NCBI RefSeq assembly: GCF_041821165.1
Contig: NZ_JBGUES010000001.1
Coordinates: 3,901 to 67,900 of the forward strand
Direction: 5' to 3'
Length of the DNA stretch: 64,000 nucleotides
Source: Poseidonibacter sp.
GTDB taxonomy: Bacteria; Campylobacterota; Campylobacteria; Campylobacterales; Arcobacteraceae
Shown here piece after piece: positions 19,664 to 28,606 of the stretch. A program made the position numbers and the translations under genes. The notes below the pieces were generated by a model. That model was not told the origin of the DNA and ran no database searches. It saw only the letters and a list, made by a program, of their open reading frames with translations. Each line of letters opens with the position of its first letter. The first letter of the stretch is position 1.

Positions 19664-20316
19664 AAATATTAGTATTAGAAGATAATGAAAGATTACTAAA
19701 TCTAATGAAAAATTCTTTAGAAAAAGAGAACTATAAAGTTGATACTTTTACTAATGGCGAAGATGCACTAGAATCTTTAGAAAATGGATATTCATGTTTT
19801 ATTTTAGATATAAATGTACCTAATATCGATGGACTTTCTTTACTAGAACTTTTAAGATTAAATCACAAAGAAACACCTGCAATTATAATCAGCTCAAATC
19901 ATGATTTAGAGTTTATTCAAAAAGCTTATGAATTATCATGTGATGATTATATAAAAAAACCATTTTTTATTTTAGAGCTTATTGAAAAAGTAAAAAAACT
20001 ATGTTTGATTCAAAAAAAATATCTAAAATTTGATGAAAACTATAAATATGATTTTAAAAATCATATTTTATATAAAGATCAAAAAGAGATTGAACTTACA
20101 AAAAAAGAGATTTTATTTTTAGAACTTTTTTCAAAGAACTTACATCATATCGCAACATACGACAAAATTATGGAATATGTATGGGAAGGCGAAGAATCAA
20201 ATCTTACAAATATAAGAGCTATGATTAAAAGATTAAGAAAAAAAATACCAAGTGAATCAATTGTGAGTATAAAAGGTTTAGGTTATTCTTTAAATAAAGA
20301 GGTTGATTTAGTATAA
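19660..20316 (+). CDS. Response regulator, OmpR-type
   Basis: 218 aa. Receiver KILVLEDN and FILDINVP. C-terminal LTKKEILFLELF...GLGYSL. There is a 4-nt overlap with the kinase gene. Confidence 0.88.
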   Translation: MKILVLEDNERLLNLMKNSLEKENYKVDTFTNGEDALESLENGYSCFILDINVPNIDGLSLLELLRLNHKETPAIIISSNHDLEFIQKAYELSCDDYIKKPFFILELIEKVKKLCLIQKKYLKFDENYKYDFKNHILYKDQKEIELTKKEILFLELFSKNLHHIATYDKIMEYVWEGEESNLTNIRAMIKRLRKKIPSESIVSIKGLGYSLNKEVDLV

Positions 20317-20334
20317 AAGCTTATGCTTTTATAC
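20311..20334. terminator. Bidirectional hairpin spanning both convergent stop codons
   Basis: GTATAAAAGC-ttat-GCTTTTATAC, perfect 10-bp stem. Confidence 0.6.
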
Positions 20335-21659
20335 TATTTTGCTTTAAAATATCTATTTGTTTCTTCTGTAACGATTTTAGATAATAATAATAGTCCAATT
20401 AAGTTTGGTATTGCCATTAAACCATTTGCTAAATCTGAAAAATTCCATACAAGTTTTAATTCAAGCATTGCTCCAACTAAAACAAAACTTACAAATATAA
20501 CTCTATAAATACTAATAGATTTTTCTCCAAAAATATATTCAAAGGCTTTTTCACCATAATATGACCAACCTAAGATTGTAGAGTATCCAAAAAGAATAGT
20601 TGCTAAAATTACAACAAATGAACCATAACCGCCTAAGAAATATTCAAAACTTTTTAGTGTTAAATCACCAGCACTTGCGCCTGTTGTCCATATAGGTGCC
20701 ATCAGTATAATTAATGCTGTCATAGTACAAACAACTAAAGTATCAATAAATGTTTGTGTCATAGAAACAAGTGCTTGTTTTACAGGATCACTTGTCTTTG
20801 CAGCTGCTGCTGCAATTGGAGCTGAACCTAGACCTGATTCATTTGAAAATACACCTCTTGCAATTCCATATCTAATAGCAGCAGCAACAGCAGCTCCTGC
20901 AAATCCACCACCAGCAGCAATTGGATTAAAAGCATGATAGAAAATTAGGCCAAATGCATCAGAAATTTTATCAGCATTTGTAGCTAAAATTATAATAGCA
21001 GTTGTTAAATAAATTGCAATCATAAATGGAATTAAAATTGATGTTGTTTTTCCAATTGATTTAATCCCACCTAAAATTACAAAAGAAGTAATTGTTAAAA
21101 GTACAATTCCTGTTATCCATGATGGTGTATCAAATTGAGAAGTCAAAGCAGTTGCAATAGCATTTGATTGTGTCATATTTCCAATTCCAAATGAAGCTAA
21201 AACAGTAAAAGCAGCAAAGGCTAAACCAAGTTTAGGCATATTTGCACCTTTTGCAAGGTAGTACATAGGTCCACCTTTGTAACCATTTATCCCTTTTTCT
21301 CTGTATTTTACAGCTAAAATAGCTTCTGAATATTTAGTTGCCATTCCAACTAAACCAGTAACCCACATCCAAAATACAGCTCCTGGTCCTCCAAATGTAA
21401 TCGCAGTTGCAACTCCAACAATATTACCAATACCAACAGTTGCAGCAAGCGCTGTCATTAGTGCTTGAAAGTTTGTAATATCACCTTTTGCATCTTTTTC
21501 TTTTGTAAAAATCAATTTAAAAGCATGACCTAATGCCCAAAATTGCATTCCTTTTAATTTAATTGTTAGGTATAAACCAGTTCCTACAAGTAAAATTAAC
21601 ATAGGAACTCCCCATACTAATGATGAGATTTGAGAAATAATTTTTTCTAATTCTTGCAT
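20334..21659 (-). CDS. Alanine/glycine:cation symporter (AGCS family)
   Basis: 441 aa. Characteristic N-terminus VWGVPMLILLVGTGLYLTIKLKGMQF and GPGAVFWMWVTGLVGMATKYSE. Confidence 0.9.
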   Translation of the reverse strand: MQELEKIISQISSLVWGVPMLILLVGTGLYLTIKLKGMQFWALGHAFKLIFTKEKDAKGDITNFQALMTALAATVGIGNIVGVATAITFGGPGAVFWMWVTGLVGMATKYSEAILAVKYREKGINGYKGGPMYYLAKGANMPKLGLAFAAFTVLASFGIGNMTQSNAIATALTSQFDTPSWITGIVLLTITSFVILGGIKSIGKTTSILIPFMIAIYLTTAIIILATNADKISDAFGLIFYHAFNPIAAGGGFAGAAVAAAIRYGIARGVFSNESGLGSAPIAAAAAKTSDPVKQALVSMTQTFIDTLVVCTMTALIILMAPIWTTGASAGDLTLKSFEYFLGGYGSFVVILATILFGYSTILGWSYYGEKAFEYIFGEKSISIYRVIFVSFVLVGAMLELKLVWNFSDLANGLMAIPNLIGLLLLSKIVTEETNRYFKAK

Positions 21660-21740
21660 ATATGTCCTTTAAGTAGTGAGATAATAGCAAAATAGTCATG
21701 AATAAGTTATTAAAATAAATAAGAATAATTTTTATTTTAT

Positions 21741-21755
21741 TGATAAAAATTATCA
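21741..21755. promoter_or_regulatory. Fur-family-box-like palindrome TGATAAAAATTATCA, about 105 nt upstream of trxB
   Basis: 12 of 14 positions match TGATAATCATTATC, the core of the classical Fur box as I recall it. AT-rich background makes chance matches likely. Confidence 0.25.
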
Positions 21756-21860
21756 TAAAAATATTAATATTAATTAACCTATAACTTACATATATTTTAG
21801 TATTATTATGACTTTAATAAATACTATAAATTATAATTTCACAAATAGAAGGAATCTTAT

Positions 21861-22790
21861 ATGTTAGACTTAGCGATTATTGGTGGTGGACCTGCTGGAT
21901 TAACAGCTGGACTTTATGCTACAAGAGGTGGCTTAAACAATGTAACAATGTTTGAAATGGGAATGCCAGGAGGACAAATTACAGGTTCATCTGAAATAGA
22001 AAACTACCCAGGCCAAGCTGAAGTTGTTTCAGGTATGGATTTAATGCAAAACTGGCCTGAGCAATGTCAAAGATTTGGATTAAAACATGAAATGAACCAA
22101 GTTTCTAATGTTAAGAAAGTTGGAGATATTTTTGAGTTAACTACTGTTGATGGTAAAACTCAAGAGGCAAAAACAGTTTTAATGGCAACAGGTTCAGTTC
22201 CAAGACGTGCTGGATTTAAAGGTGAAGATGAGTTCTTTGGAAGAGGAATTTCTACTTGTGCTACTTGTGATGGTTTTTTCTATAAAGGAAAAGAAGTTGC
22301 AGTTGTAGGTGGTGGAGATTCTGCTTTAGAAGAAGCAGTTTACTTATCAAAATTATGTTCTAAAGTATATTTAGTTCATAGAAGAGATACATATAGAGCA
22401 GCTCCTTCAACAATTGAACATATGAAAGCAGCTTCAAATATTGAAGAAGTTACAAATGTTGATGTTGAAGAAGTATTTGGTGATATGTCTGGTGTTTTAG
22501 GTTTAAAAGTTAAATCTAAACTAACAGGTGAAATTAGAGATTTACCAACTCCAGGTGTATTTGTATTTGTTGGTAGAAATGTATTAAATGAACCAATTAA
22601 ACAAGAAGATGGATCATTTTTATGTGATGTTAATGATGCTGGTGAAGTTATTGTTAATTTAAAAATGCAAACATCAGTACCAGGATTATATGCAGCAGGT
22701 GATATTAGAATTGATGCAGCAAAACAAGTAGTTTGTGCAGCAGCAGATGGTGCGACAGCTGCTGTAAATATAATTGAGTATATAGGATAA
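21861..22790 (+). CDS. trxB: Thioredoxin-disulfide reductase
   Basis: 309 aa. GGGPAG FAD motif, redox CATCDG, GGGDSA NADPH motif. Confidence 0.96.
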   Translation: MLDLAIIGGGPAGLTAGLYATRGGLNNVTMFEMGMPGGQITGSSEIENYPGQAEVVSGMDLMQNWPEQCQRFGLKHEMNQVSNVKKVGDIFELTTVDGKTQEAKTVLMATGSVPRRAGFKGEDEFFGRGISTCATCDGFFYKGKEVAVVGGGDSALEEAVYLSKLCSKVYLVHRRDTYRAAPSTIEHMKAASNIEEVTNVDVEEVFGDMSGVLGLKVKSKLTGEIRDLPTPGVFVFVGRNVLNEPIKQEDGSFLCDVNDAGEVIVNLKMQTSVPGLYAAGDIRIDAAKQVVCAAADGATAAVNIIEYIG

Positions 22791-22805
22791 AAGGAAGTTA
22801 TTTAA

Positions 22806-23579
22806 ATGATTAATGTAGGTATTTTAGGAAGTACAGGAAGAGTAGGTTCATTACTAATTGATGATTTACAAGTTGATGAAAATGCAAATTTATCAGCAGT
22901 TCATGTTTTTAGTAAATTAACAAGAACTTTACCTGAAGATACAGTTGTTACAAATGATATGGCAGTATTATTTGAATCATCTGATGTAATTATAGATTTT
23001 TCTGCACCAGAAGGAACAGAAGCTTTACTTACAGAAGTAGTTGAAAATGGTGCAAGAAAACCACTTGTTATTGCAACAACTGGATTTAATAAGCACCAAC
23101 AAAACTTATTACTTCAAGCAAGTCAACTAGTACCAGTATTATATGCTACAAATATGAGTTTAGGTGTTGCAGTTTTAAATAAACTTGTAGCACTTGCTTC
23201 TAAAACATTAAGAGATTTTGATATTGAAATTGTTGAGCAACATCATAAGCATAAAGTTGATTCTCCTTCTGGTACTGCTTTAACTTTAGCAGAACACGCT
23301 GCTAATGCTAGAGATTTAAATCTTGATGAAGTTAGAGTTTCAGGACGTGATGGACAAATTGGTGCTAGAACTAAAGATGAAATCGCAGTTATGGCATTAA
23401 GAGGTGGAGATATTGTAGGTCGACATACAGTTGGACTTTATAATGATGGTGAATTTTTAGAGTTAAATCATACTGCAACAGCAAGAAATACTTTTTCAAA
23501 AGGTGCTATTAAAGTTGCAAAATGGATTGTTGGTAAAGAAGCAAAATTATATTCAATTAATGATGCTTTAGGTCTTTAA
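22806..23579 (+). CDS. dapB: 4-hydroxy-tetrahydrodipicolinate reductase
   Basis: 257 aa. GSTGRVG dinucleotide motif, [15 protein letters not shown] signature. Confidence 0.95.
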   Translation: MINVGILGSTGRVGSLLIDDLQVDENANLSAVHVFSKLTRTLPEDTVVTNDMAVLFESSDVIIDFSAPEGTEALLTEVVENGARKPLVIATTGFNKHQQNLLLQASQLVPVLYATNMSLGVAVLNKLVALASKTLRDFDIEIVEQHHKHKVDSPSGTALTLAEHAANARDLNLDEVRVSGRDGQIGARTKDEIAVMALRGGDIVGRHTVGLYNDGEFLELNHTATARNTFSKGAIKVAKWIVGKEAKLYSINDALGL

Positions 23580-23679
23580 AAATTAAATAATAAACAATAA
23601 AACAATAAAAAATAAAATAAACTAGAAGATAAAAAGATATTTACACTTTCACTTTTTCTTCTAACATAAGGTTAAATAA

Positions 23680-25029
23680 ATGTGCGCAATAGTTGGAATT
23701 TATGGGAATGATAACGCTGCTAGATTAGCTTCTTTAGCTCTTTTCTCAATGCAACATAGAGGTCAAGAGGCAACTGGTATTTCTTCATCTTGTAATGGTA
23801 AGATTCATACAATCAAAAACAGAGGTTTAGTTTCAGAAGTTTTTAATGAAGATGCTTTAAAAATCTTACATGGTAATATGGCAATAGGTCATAATAGATA
23901 TTCAACTGCGGGTGGGGATTCAATTTTAGATGCTCAACCTGTATTTGCTAAATATAAATTAGGTGAAATTTCTATTGTTCATAATGGAAACTTAATTAAC
24001 AAAAGTGAAGTAAGAAAAGATTTAATTGACAAAGGTGCTATTTTTCAAACAGGAATGGACACTGAAAACTTAATTCATTTAATTGCAAAAAACACAAAAG
24101 ATAGATTAAGAGATAGAATCAAAGAAGCCTTAGAAAAAACTATTGGTGCATATTGTTTTATTGTTCAATCAAGATCAAAACAATTTGTTATTAGAGATAG
24201 ATATGGTATTAGACCACTATCTTTAGGAAAATTAAAATCAGGTGGTTATATTGTTGCATCTGAAACATGTGCATTTGATTTAGTAGATGCTACATTTATT
24301 AGAGATGTTAATCCAGGAGAAATGTTAATCTTTAGTGAAGATTATGAAGAACCAGAATCAATTCAATTATTTGAACCACAATTTAGACCTTGTGCTTTTG
24401 AATATGTATATTTTGCTAGACCTGATTCAGAAATTGATGGTAAAAATGTATATAGAACAAGAGAAAATATGGGTAGAGCTTTAGCTAAAAATGATGAAGA
24501 ATCAGTAGTTAAATATGATATGGTTGTACCAGTTCCAGATTCAGGAGTTCCAGCTGCACTTGGTTATGCTGCACAAAGTGGAGTTCCATTTGAGTATGGA
24601 ATTATTAGAAATCATTATGTTGGAAGAACATTTATTGAACCAACACAAGAGATGAGAAGTATGAAAGTTAAAATGAAACTTTCACCTATGAGATCTCTTA
24701 TTGCTGGTAAATCATTATTGGTAATTGATGATTCTATTGTAAGAGGTACAACTTCTAAAAGAATCGTAAAAATGCTTAAAGATGCTGGGGCTAAAGAAGT
24801 TCACTTTAGAGTTGCTTCTCCTGAAATAAAATTCCCATGTTATTATGGTATTGATACACCAAATAAAGAAGAATTAATCTCAAATAATATGACAAAAGAT
24901 GAAGTTTGTAAATATATAGAAGCTGATTCTTTAGAGTACTTATCTGTTGATGATTTAGTTAATGCAATTGGAAATGATAGAAATTATGCATTAGAAAGCT
25001 TTAATGGGGATTACTTCGTAAAAGAGTAA
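23680..25029 (+). CDS. purF: Amidophosphoribosyltransferase
   Basis: 449 aa. N-terminal MCAIVGI (Cys nucleophile), PRPP motif LLVIDDSIVRGTT. Confidence 0.96.
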   Translation: MCAIVGIYGNDNAARLASLALFSMQHRGQEATGISSSCNGKIHTIKNRGLVSEVFNEDALKILHGNMAIGHNRYSTAGGDSILDAQPVFAKYKLGEISIVHNGNLINKSEVRKDLIDKGAIFQTGMDTENLIHLIAKNTKDRLRDRIKEALEKTIGAYCFIVQSRSKQFVIRDRYGIRPLSLGKLKSGGYIVASETCAFDLVDATFIRDVNPGEMLIFSEDYEEPESIQLFEPQFRPCAFEYVYFARPDSEIDGKNVYRTRENMGRALAKNDEESVVKYDMVVPVPDSGVPAALGYAAQSGVPFEYGIIRNHYVGRTFIEPTQEMRSMKVKMKLSPMRSLIAGKSLLVIDDSIVRGTTSKRIVKMLKDAGAKEVHFRVASPEIKFPCYYGIDTPNKEELISNNMTKDEVCKYIEADSLEYLSVDDLVNAIGNDRNYALESFNGDYFVKE

Positions 25030-25030
25030 A

Positions 25031-25993
25031 ATGAATGAATTAAAAAATGTTTTAACTATTGGTAGATATTTTAAAAATAAATTTGGTGAAAAAATTTATA
25101 AAGTTCCAATTTCAATATCTGGATTTACATGTCCAAATATTGATGGAACAGTAGCAAAGGGTGGTTGTTCTTTTTGTGAGAACGACTCTTTTTCTCCAAA
25201 TTTACAAGAAAAGAAACCAAAATTTAAATTAAACCCAAGAGTAAATGAAAATCCATTTTTAGATAATCAATTAAAACAACTTGAACTACAATTTAATGCT
25301 ACAAAACAAAGATTAGAAAATAAATTTGGAACACAAAAGTTTATAGTTTATTTTCAATCTTTTACTAACACTTATGCACCATTTGCAACACTAAAAGCAC
25401 TATATGAAAAAGCTTTAAGTTTTGATAATGTTATTGGTTTAAGTATTGGTACAAGAACAGATTGTGTAACAGATGAAATTTTAGATTATTTAAAAGATTT
25501 ATCAAAAGATAAAGAAATATGGATTGAATATGGTATCCAATCTTTTTATGATGAAACACTAGAAACTATAAATAGAGGTGATAGTGCTGAAAACATGAGA
25601 TACTGGATAAAAAGAAGTAAGGAAAAAGGATTAAATGTTTGTGGACATTTAATTTATGGTTTACCAAATGAAACTCAAGAAATGATGCTTGAGACATTTA
25701 AACAAACTGTTGAATTAGAAGTTGACTCTATTAAATTTCATCCTTTATATGTTGTAAAAAACACACTACTTACAAATGAATTTAGAAAAGGAAGATTTAC
25801 TCCTATTTCTGAAGAATTATATATTGATACAGTTGTAAAATCTATAAAAGATTTACCCAATAATATATCAATACAAAGAATTACTGCAGGAATCAATGAT
25901 GATACTTTATTATCACCTGATTGGTGTAGAGATAAACATACTCAAATGAAAAATATAAGATTGGCTTTGGAAAAAGAGGGTCTTAATTATTAG
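25031..25993 (+). CDS. Radical SAM protein, TIGR01212/YhcC-like family
   Basis: 320 aa. Cys cluster CPNIDGTVAKGGCSFC at the N-terminus and a conserved TIM-barrel-like body. Confidence 0.75.
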   Translation: MNELKNVLTIGRYFKNKFGEKIYKVPISISGFTCPNIDGTVAKGGCSFCENDSFSPNLQEKKPKFKLNPRVNENPFLDNQLKQLELQFNATKQRLENKFGTQKFIVYFQSFTNTYAPFATLKALYEKALSFDNVIGLSIGTRTDCVTDEILDYLKDLSKDKEIWIEYGIQSFYDETLETINRGDSAENMRYWIKRSKEKGLNVCGHLIYGLPNETQEMMLETFKQTVELEVDSIKFHPLYVVKNTLLTNEFRKGRFTPISEELYIDTVVKSIKDLPNNISIQRITAGINDDTLLSPDWCRDKHTQMKNIRLALEKEGLNY

Positions 25994-25994
25994 T

Positions 25995-26024
25995 AAAAAT
26001 ATTAGGATAAATCCTAATATTTTT
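25995..26024. terminator. Bidirectional terminator (13-bp perfect stem)
   Basis: AAAAATATTAGGA-taaa-TCCTAATATTTTT lies between convergent genes. The A/T runs are part of the stem. Confidence 0.7.
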
Positions 26025-27546
26025 ACTTCTTAAATTCTATTTCGTAAATATCAGTTCTTCTATCTTTTAAGTTTGTAACACTTCCTAAACTATGAAGTTC
26101 TTTTAATAATTCTAAATCAACATCAGCGACTAAAATCATTTCAGTATTTGGAGTTGATTCAGCTTTTATTCCATTTGGTGGGAAAGCAAAATCACATGGT
26201 GTAAATACAGCAGATTGAGCATATTGAATGTCCATATTTGCAACCTTAGGTAAATTTCCAACACAACCAGCAATTGCAACATAACATTCGTTTTCAACTG
26301 CTCTTGCTTGTGCGCAAATTTTTACTCTTGAGTAACCATTTTGTGTATCTGTTAAAAATGGTACAAATAAAATATCCATTCCTTCTTTTGCAAGAAGCCT
26401 TCCTAATTCTGGAAATTCACTATCATAACAAATTAAAACACCAATTTTTCCACAATCTGTATCAAATGTTTTTATTTCATTTGAGCCTTTTAAACCCCAA
26501 ACTTTCTTTTCATCAGGAGTAACATGCATCTTAGAATATTTTTCTATTGAACCATCTCTTTTACAAACAAATCCAACATTATATAAGTCACCATCAACTA
26601 ATTCAGGCATGCTTCCTGTAATAATATTGATATTATATGCTATTGCTAAACGAGAGAATTCATCTTTGAATTTTGGTGTAAATTTTGCTAACTCTCTTAT
26701 TGCTTCTGCTTCTCCTAAGTGATTAAATGCAGCCATAAGAGGAGCATTGAAAAATTCAGGGAAAAGTGCAAAATCACTTCTATAATTTGATACAGCATCT
26801 ACGAAAAATTCTGCTTGTTCTAAAACTTCATCTATATTTTTATATGGTCTAACTTGCCATTGAATTAATCCTAATCTAATAACAGTTTTTTGTGGCATTG
26901 GAACTTTTGAAGGTTTTGAATAATAGATATTATCCCATGCTAATAATGAAGCATATTCACAGCTATCAACATCACCTTCTAAATAGTTTTTTAGAATTCT
27001 TTTTACATAAAAATCATTTGATAATTGAAAGTTAAGAACAGGGTCATAAATTTCTCTTTCTCTTACTTTTGAAATATACTCTTTAGGAGATAATTTGTCA
27101 GAATACTCTTTGTAATTTGGTAATCTTCCACCAAAAAGTATTCCTTTTAGATTTAACTCTTCACAAAGTTCTTGTCTAAACTCATAAAGTCTTCTACCAA
27201 GTCTAAGACCTCTAAATTTTTTACTAACAAAAACATCAACACCATAAAGTGTATCACCATTATCATCATGCGTATCAAAACTATAATTGCCTGTGATTTC
27301 TTTATAAGTATGAGAATCATCAAATTTATTATAATCAACTACTATACTTAAAGCAAAACCTGCAAGTTCTCCATCTATTTTGATTCCAACTTGACCCTTT
27401 GGGAATTTTTTTAATAAAGTTGAAAACTCTTTTAAACTCCAACTTGAATCATCTAAATTCTTATACTCATCATTCATTAATATTTCTATATTTTTATGAT
27501 CTTCAATTTTCAGATAAATCAGTTCTATTTTGTCTATATTATCCAT
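26023..27546 (-). CDS. Bifunctional GNAT N-acetyltransferase / carbon-nitrogen hydrolase (nitrilase superfamily) fusion protein
   Basis: 507 aa. GNAT motif A FRGLRLGRRLYE. Nitrilase E-K-C triad contexts LFPEFF, YSKMHVTP and VLICYDSEFPE. Confidence 0.85.
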   Translation of the reverse strand: MDNIDKIELIYLKIEDHKNIEILMNDEYKNLDDSSWSLKEFSTLLKKFPKGQVGIKIDGELAGFALSIVVDYNKFDDSHTYKEITGNYSFDTHDDNGDTLYGVDVFVSKKFRGLRLGRRLYEFRQELCEELNLKGILFGGRLPNYKEYSDKLSPKEYISKVREREIYDPVLNFQLSNDFYVKRILKNYLEGDVDSCEYASLLAWDNIYYSKPSKVPMPQKTVIRLGLIQWQVRPYKNIDEVLEQAEFFVDAVSNYRSDFALFPEFFNAPLMAAFNHLGEAEAIRELAKFTPKFKDEFSRLAIAYNINIITGSMPELVDGDLYNVGFVCKRDGSIEKYSKMHVTPDEKKVWGLKGSNEIKTFDTDCGKIGVLICYDSEFPELGRLLAKEGMDILFVPFLTDTQNGYSRVKICAQARAVENECYVAIAGCVGNLPKVANMDIQYAQSAVFTPCDFAFPPNGIKAESTPNTEMILVADVDLELLKELHSLGSVTNLKDRRTDIYEIEFKK

Positions 27547-27593
27547 TTAACACCTTTATATTTGTATGTGTTTGTAAGTTGATTTATAAATGA

Positions 27594-28490
27594 TTATTTA
27601 ACTTTTAATAGATAGTCAACTACATTATTTATAAAGACATCATTTTTCTTCTCTTTTCTATATGCAATATATAGTTTTCTTATCATTTTTTGATTATTGA
27701 TTCTTGATTCAAATAATGCACCTGATTTTAATAATGATTCAATTGCATTTTTTGATACAACTGAAACTGTTGGAGTTAATTTTTTATCAGAATGCAATAC
27801 CGTTTGTACAATTGTAGTAGCACTTGTAACCTCACTTGTAACATCAAAAGTATCACAATCAGGGAAATTAGCTTTTTCAAGATTTTCTTTAAATATTTGT
27901 CTAGTATTAGAATCAGGATTTCTACAAACCCACTTATAAGATAATAAATCTTCTGCTGTAGCTTTTTTTGGAAGTCTTTGATTTGAGAATATTACTATTT
28001 CATCTTCCATCCATTCTTTATAAATAATATCTTCATTAGCAACATAATTTTCAACTAAAGCAATATCTATTTTTTTATCTAATAAATCTTCAATAGCTTC
28101 ATGGGAAACCGAAACATTTATTGATACATCATTATGTAAATCATCTTTTAGATTATTTAGAAATCTTGGCAAAATATAATTACCAATAATAAATGATGCT
28201 CCAAATATAAAAGATACATCTTTATTCATTATTTTTAGTACTTCTTTTTCTGCATTTGATACACATTTTTCTAACTTTAAAGCAATTGCATAAAGCATTT
28301 GCCCCTCTTTAGTTAGTTTAATACCATTCTTTTTTCTATCAACTACTTGTACTTCTAAATAATCTTCAATAAACTTAATTTGTTGAGTAACTGCTGGTTG
28401 AGAAATACCCAGTTTTGCTGAAGCTTTGGAAAATGACTTCTCTCTAACAACTGTAAGAAAAGTTGTTATTTTTGCAAAATCTGTTAGCAT
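27594..28490 (-). CDS. LysR-family transcriptional regulator
   Basis: HTH FSKASAKLGISQPAVTQQIKFIE. The track start is 28523. The ATG at 28490 (MLTDFAKI) has a GGAGGT SD. Confidence 0.88.
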   Translation of the reverse strand: MLTDFAKITTFLTVVREKSFSKASAKLGISQPAVTQQIKFIEDYLEVQVVDRKKNGIKLTKEGQMLYAIALKLEKCVSNAEKEVLKIMNKDVSFIFGASFIIGNYILPRFLNNLKDDLHNDVSINVSVSHEAIEDLLDKKIDIALVENYVANEDIIYKEWMEDEIVIFSNQRLPKKATAEDLLSYKWVCRNPDSNTRQIFKENLEKANFPDCDTFDVTSEVTSATTIVQTVLHSDKKLTPTVSVVSKNAIESLLKSGALFESRINNQKMIRKLYIAYRKEKKNDVFINNVVDYLLKVK

Positions 28491-28606
28491 TTTTACCTCC
28501 ATAAAATAATTTATAATTATCATAACATTTATTTATATATAGAATAATTAAGAAGAATAATGGATTTATTTTATATATGTTATAATTATATATTAACGGA
28601 GAAAAA

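Noticed and set aside
23580-23679. A-rich degenerate AATAAA/ACAATAAA tract and imperfect hairpin (AGAAGATAAAAAG...CTTTTTCTTCT) between dapB and purF
   Set aside because: The tract is low-complexity A/T sequence without exact periodicity. The hairpin is plausibly just the dapB terminator. No purine-riboswitch-like conserved core is visible.
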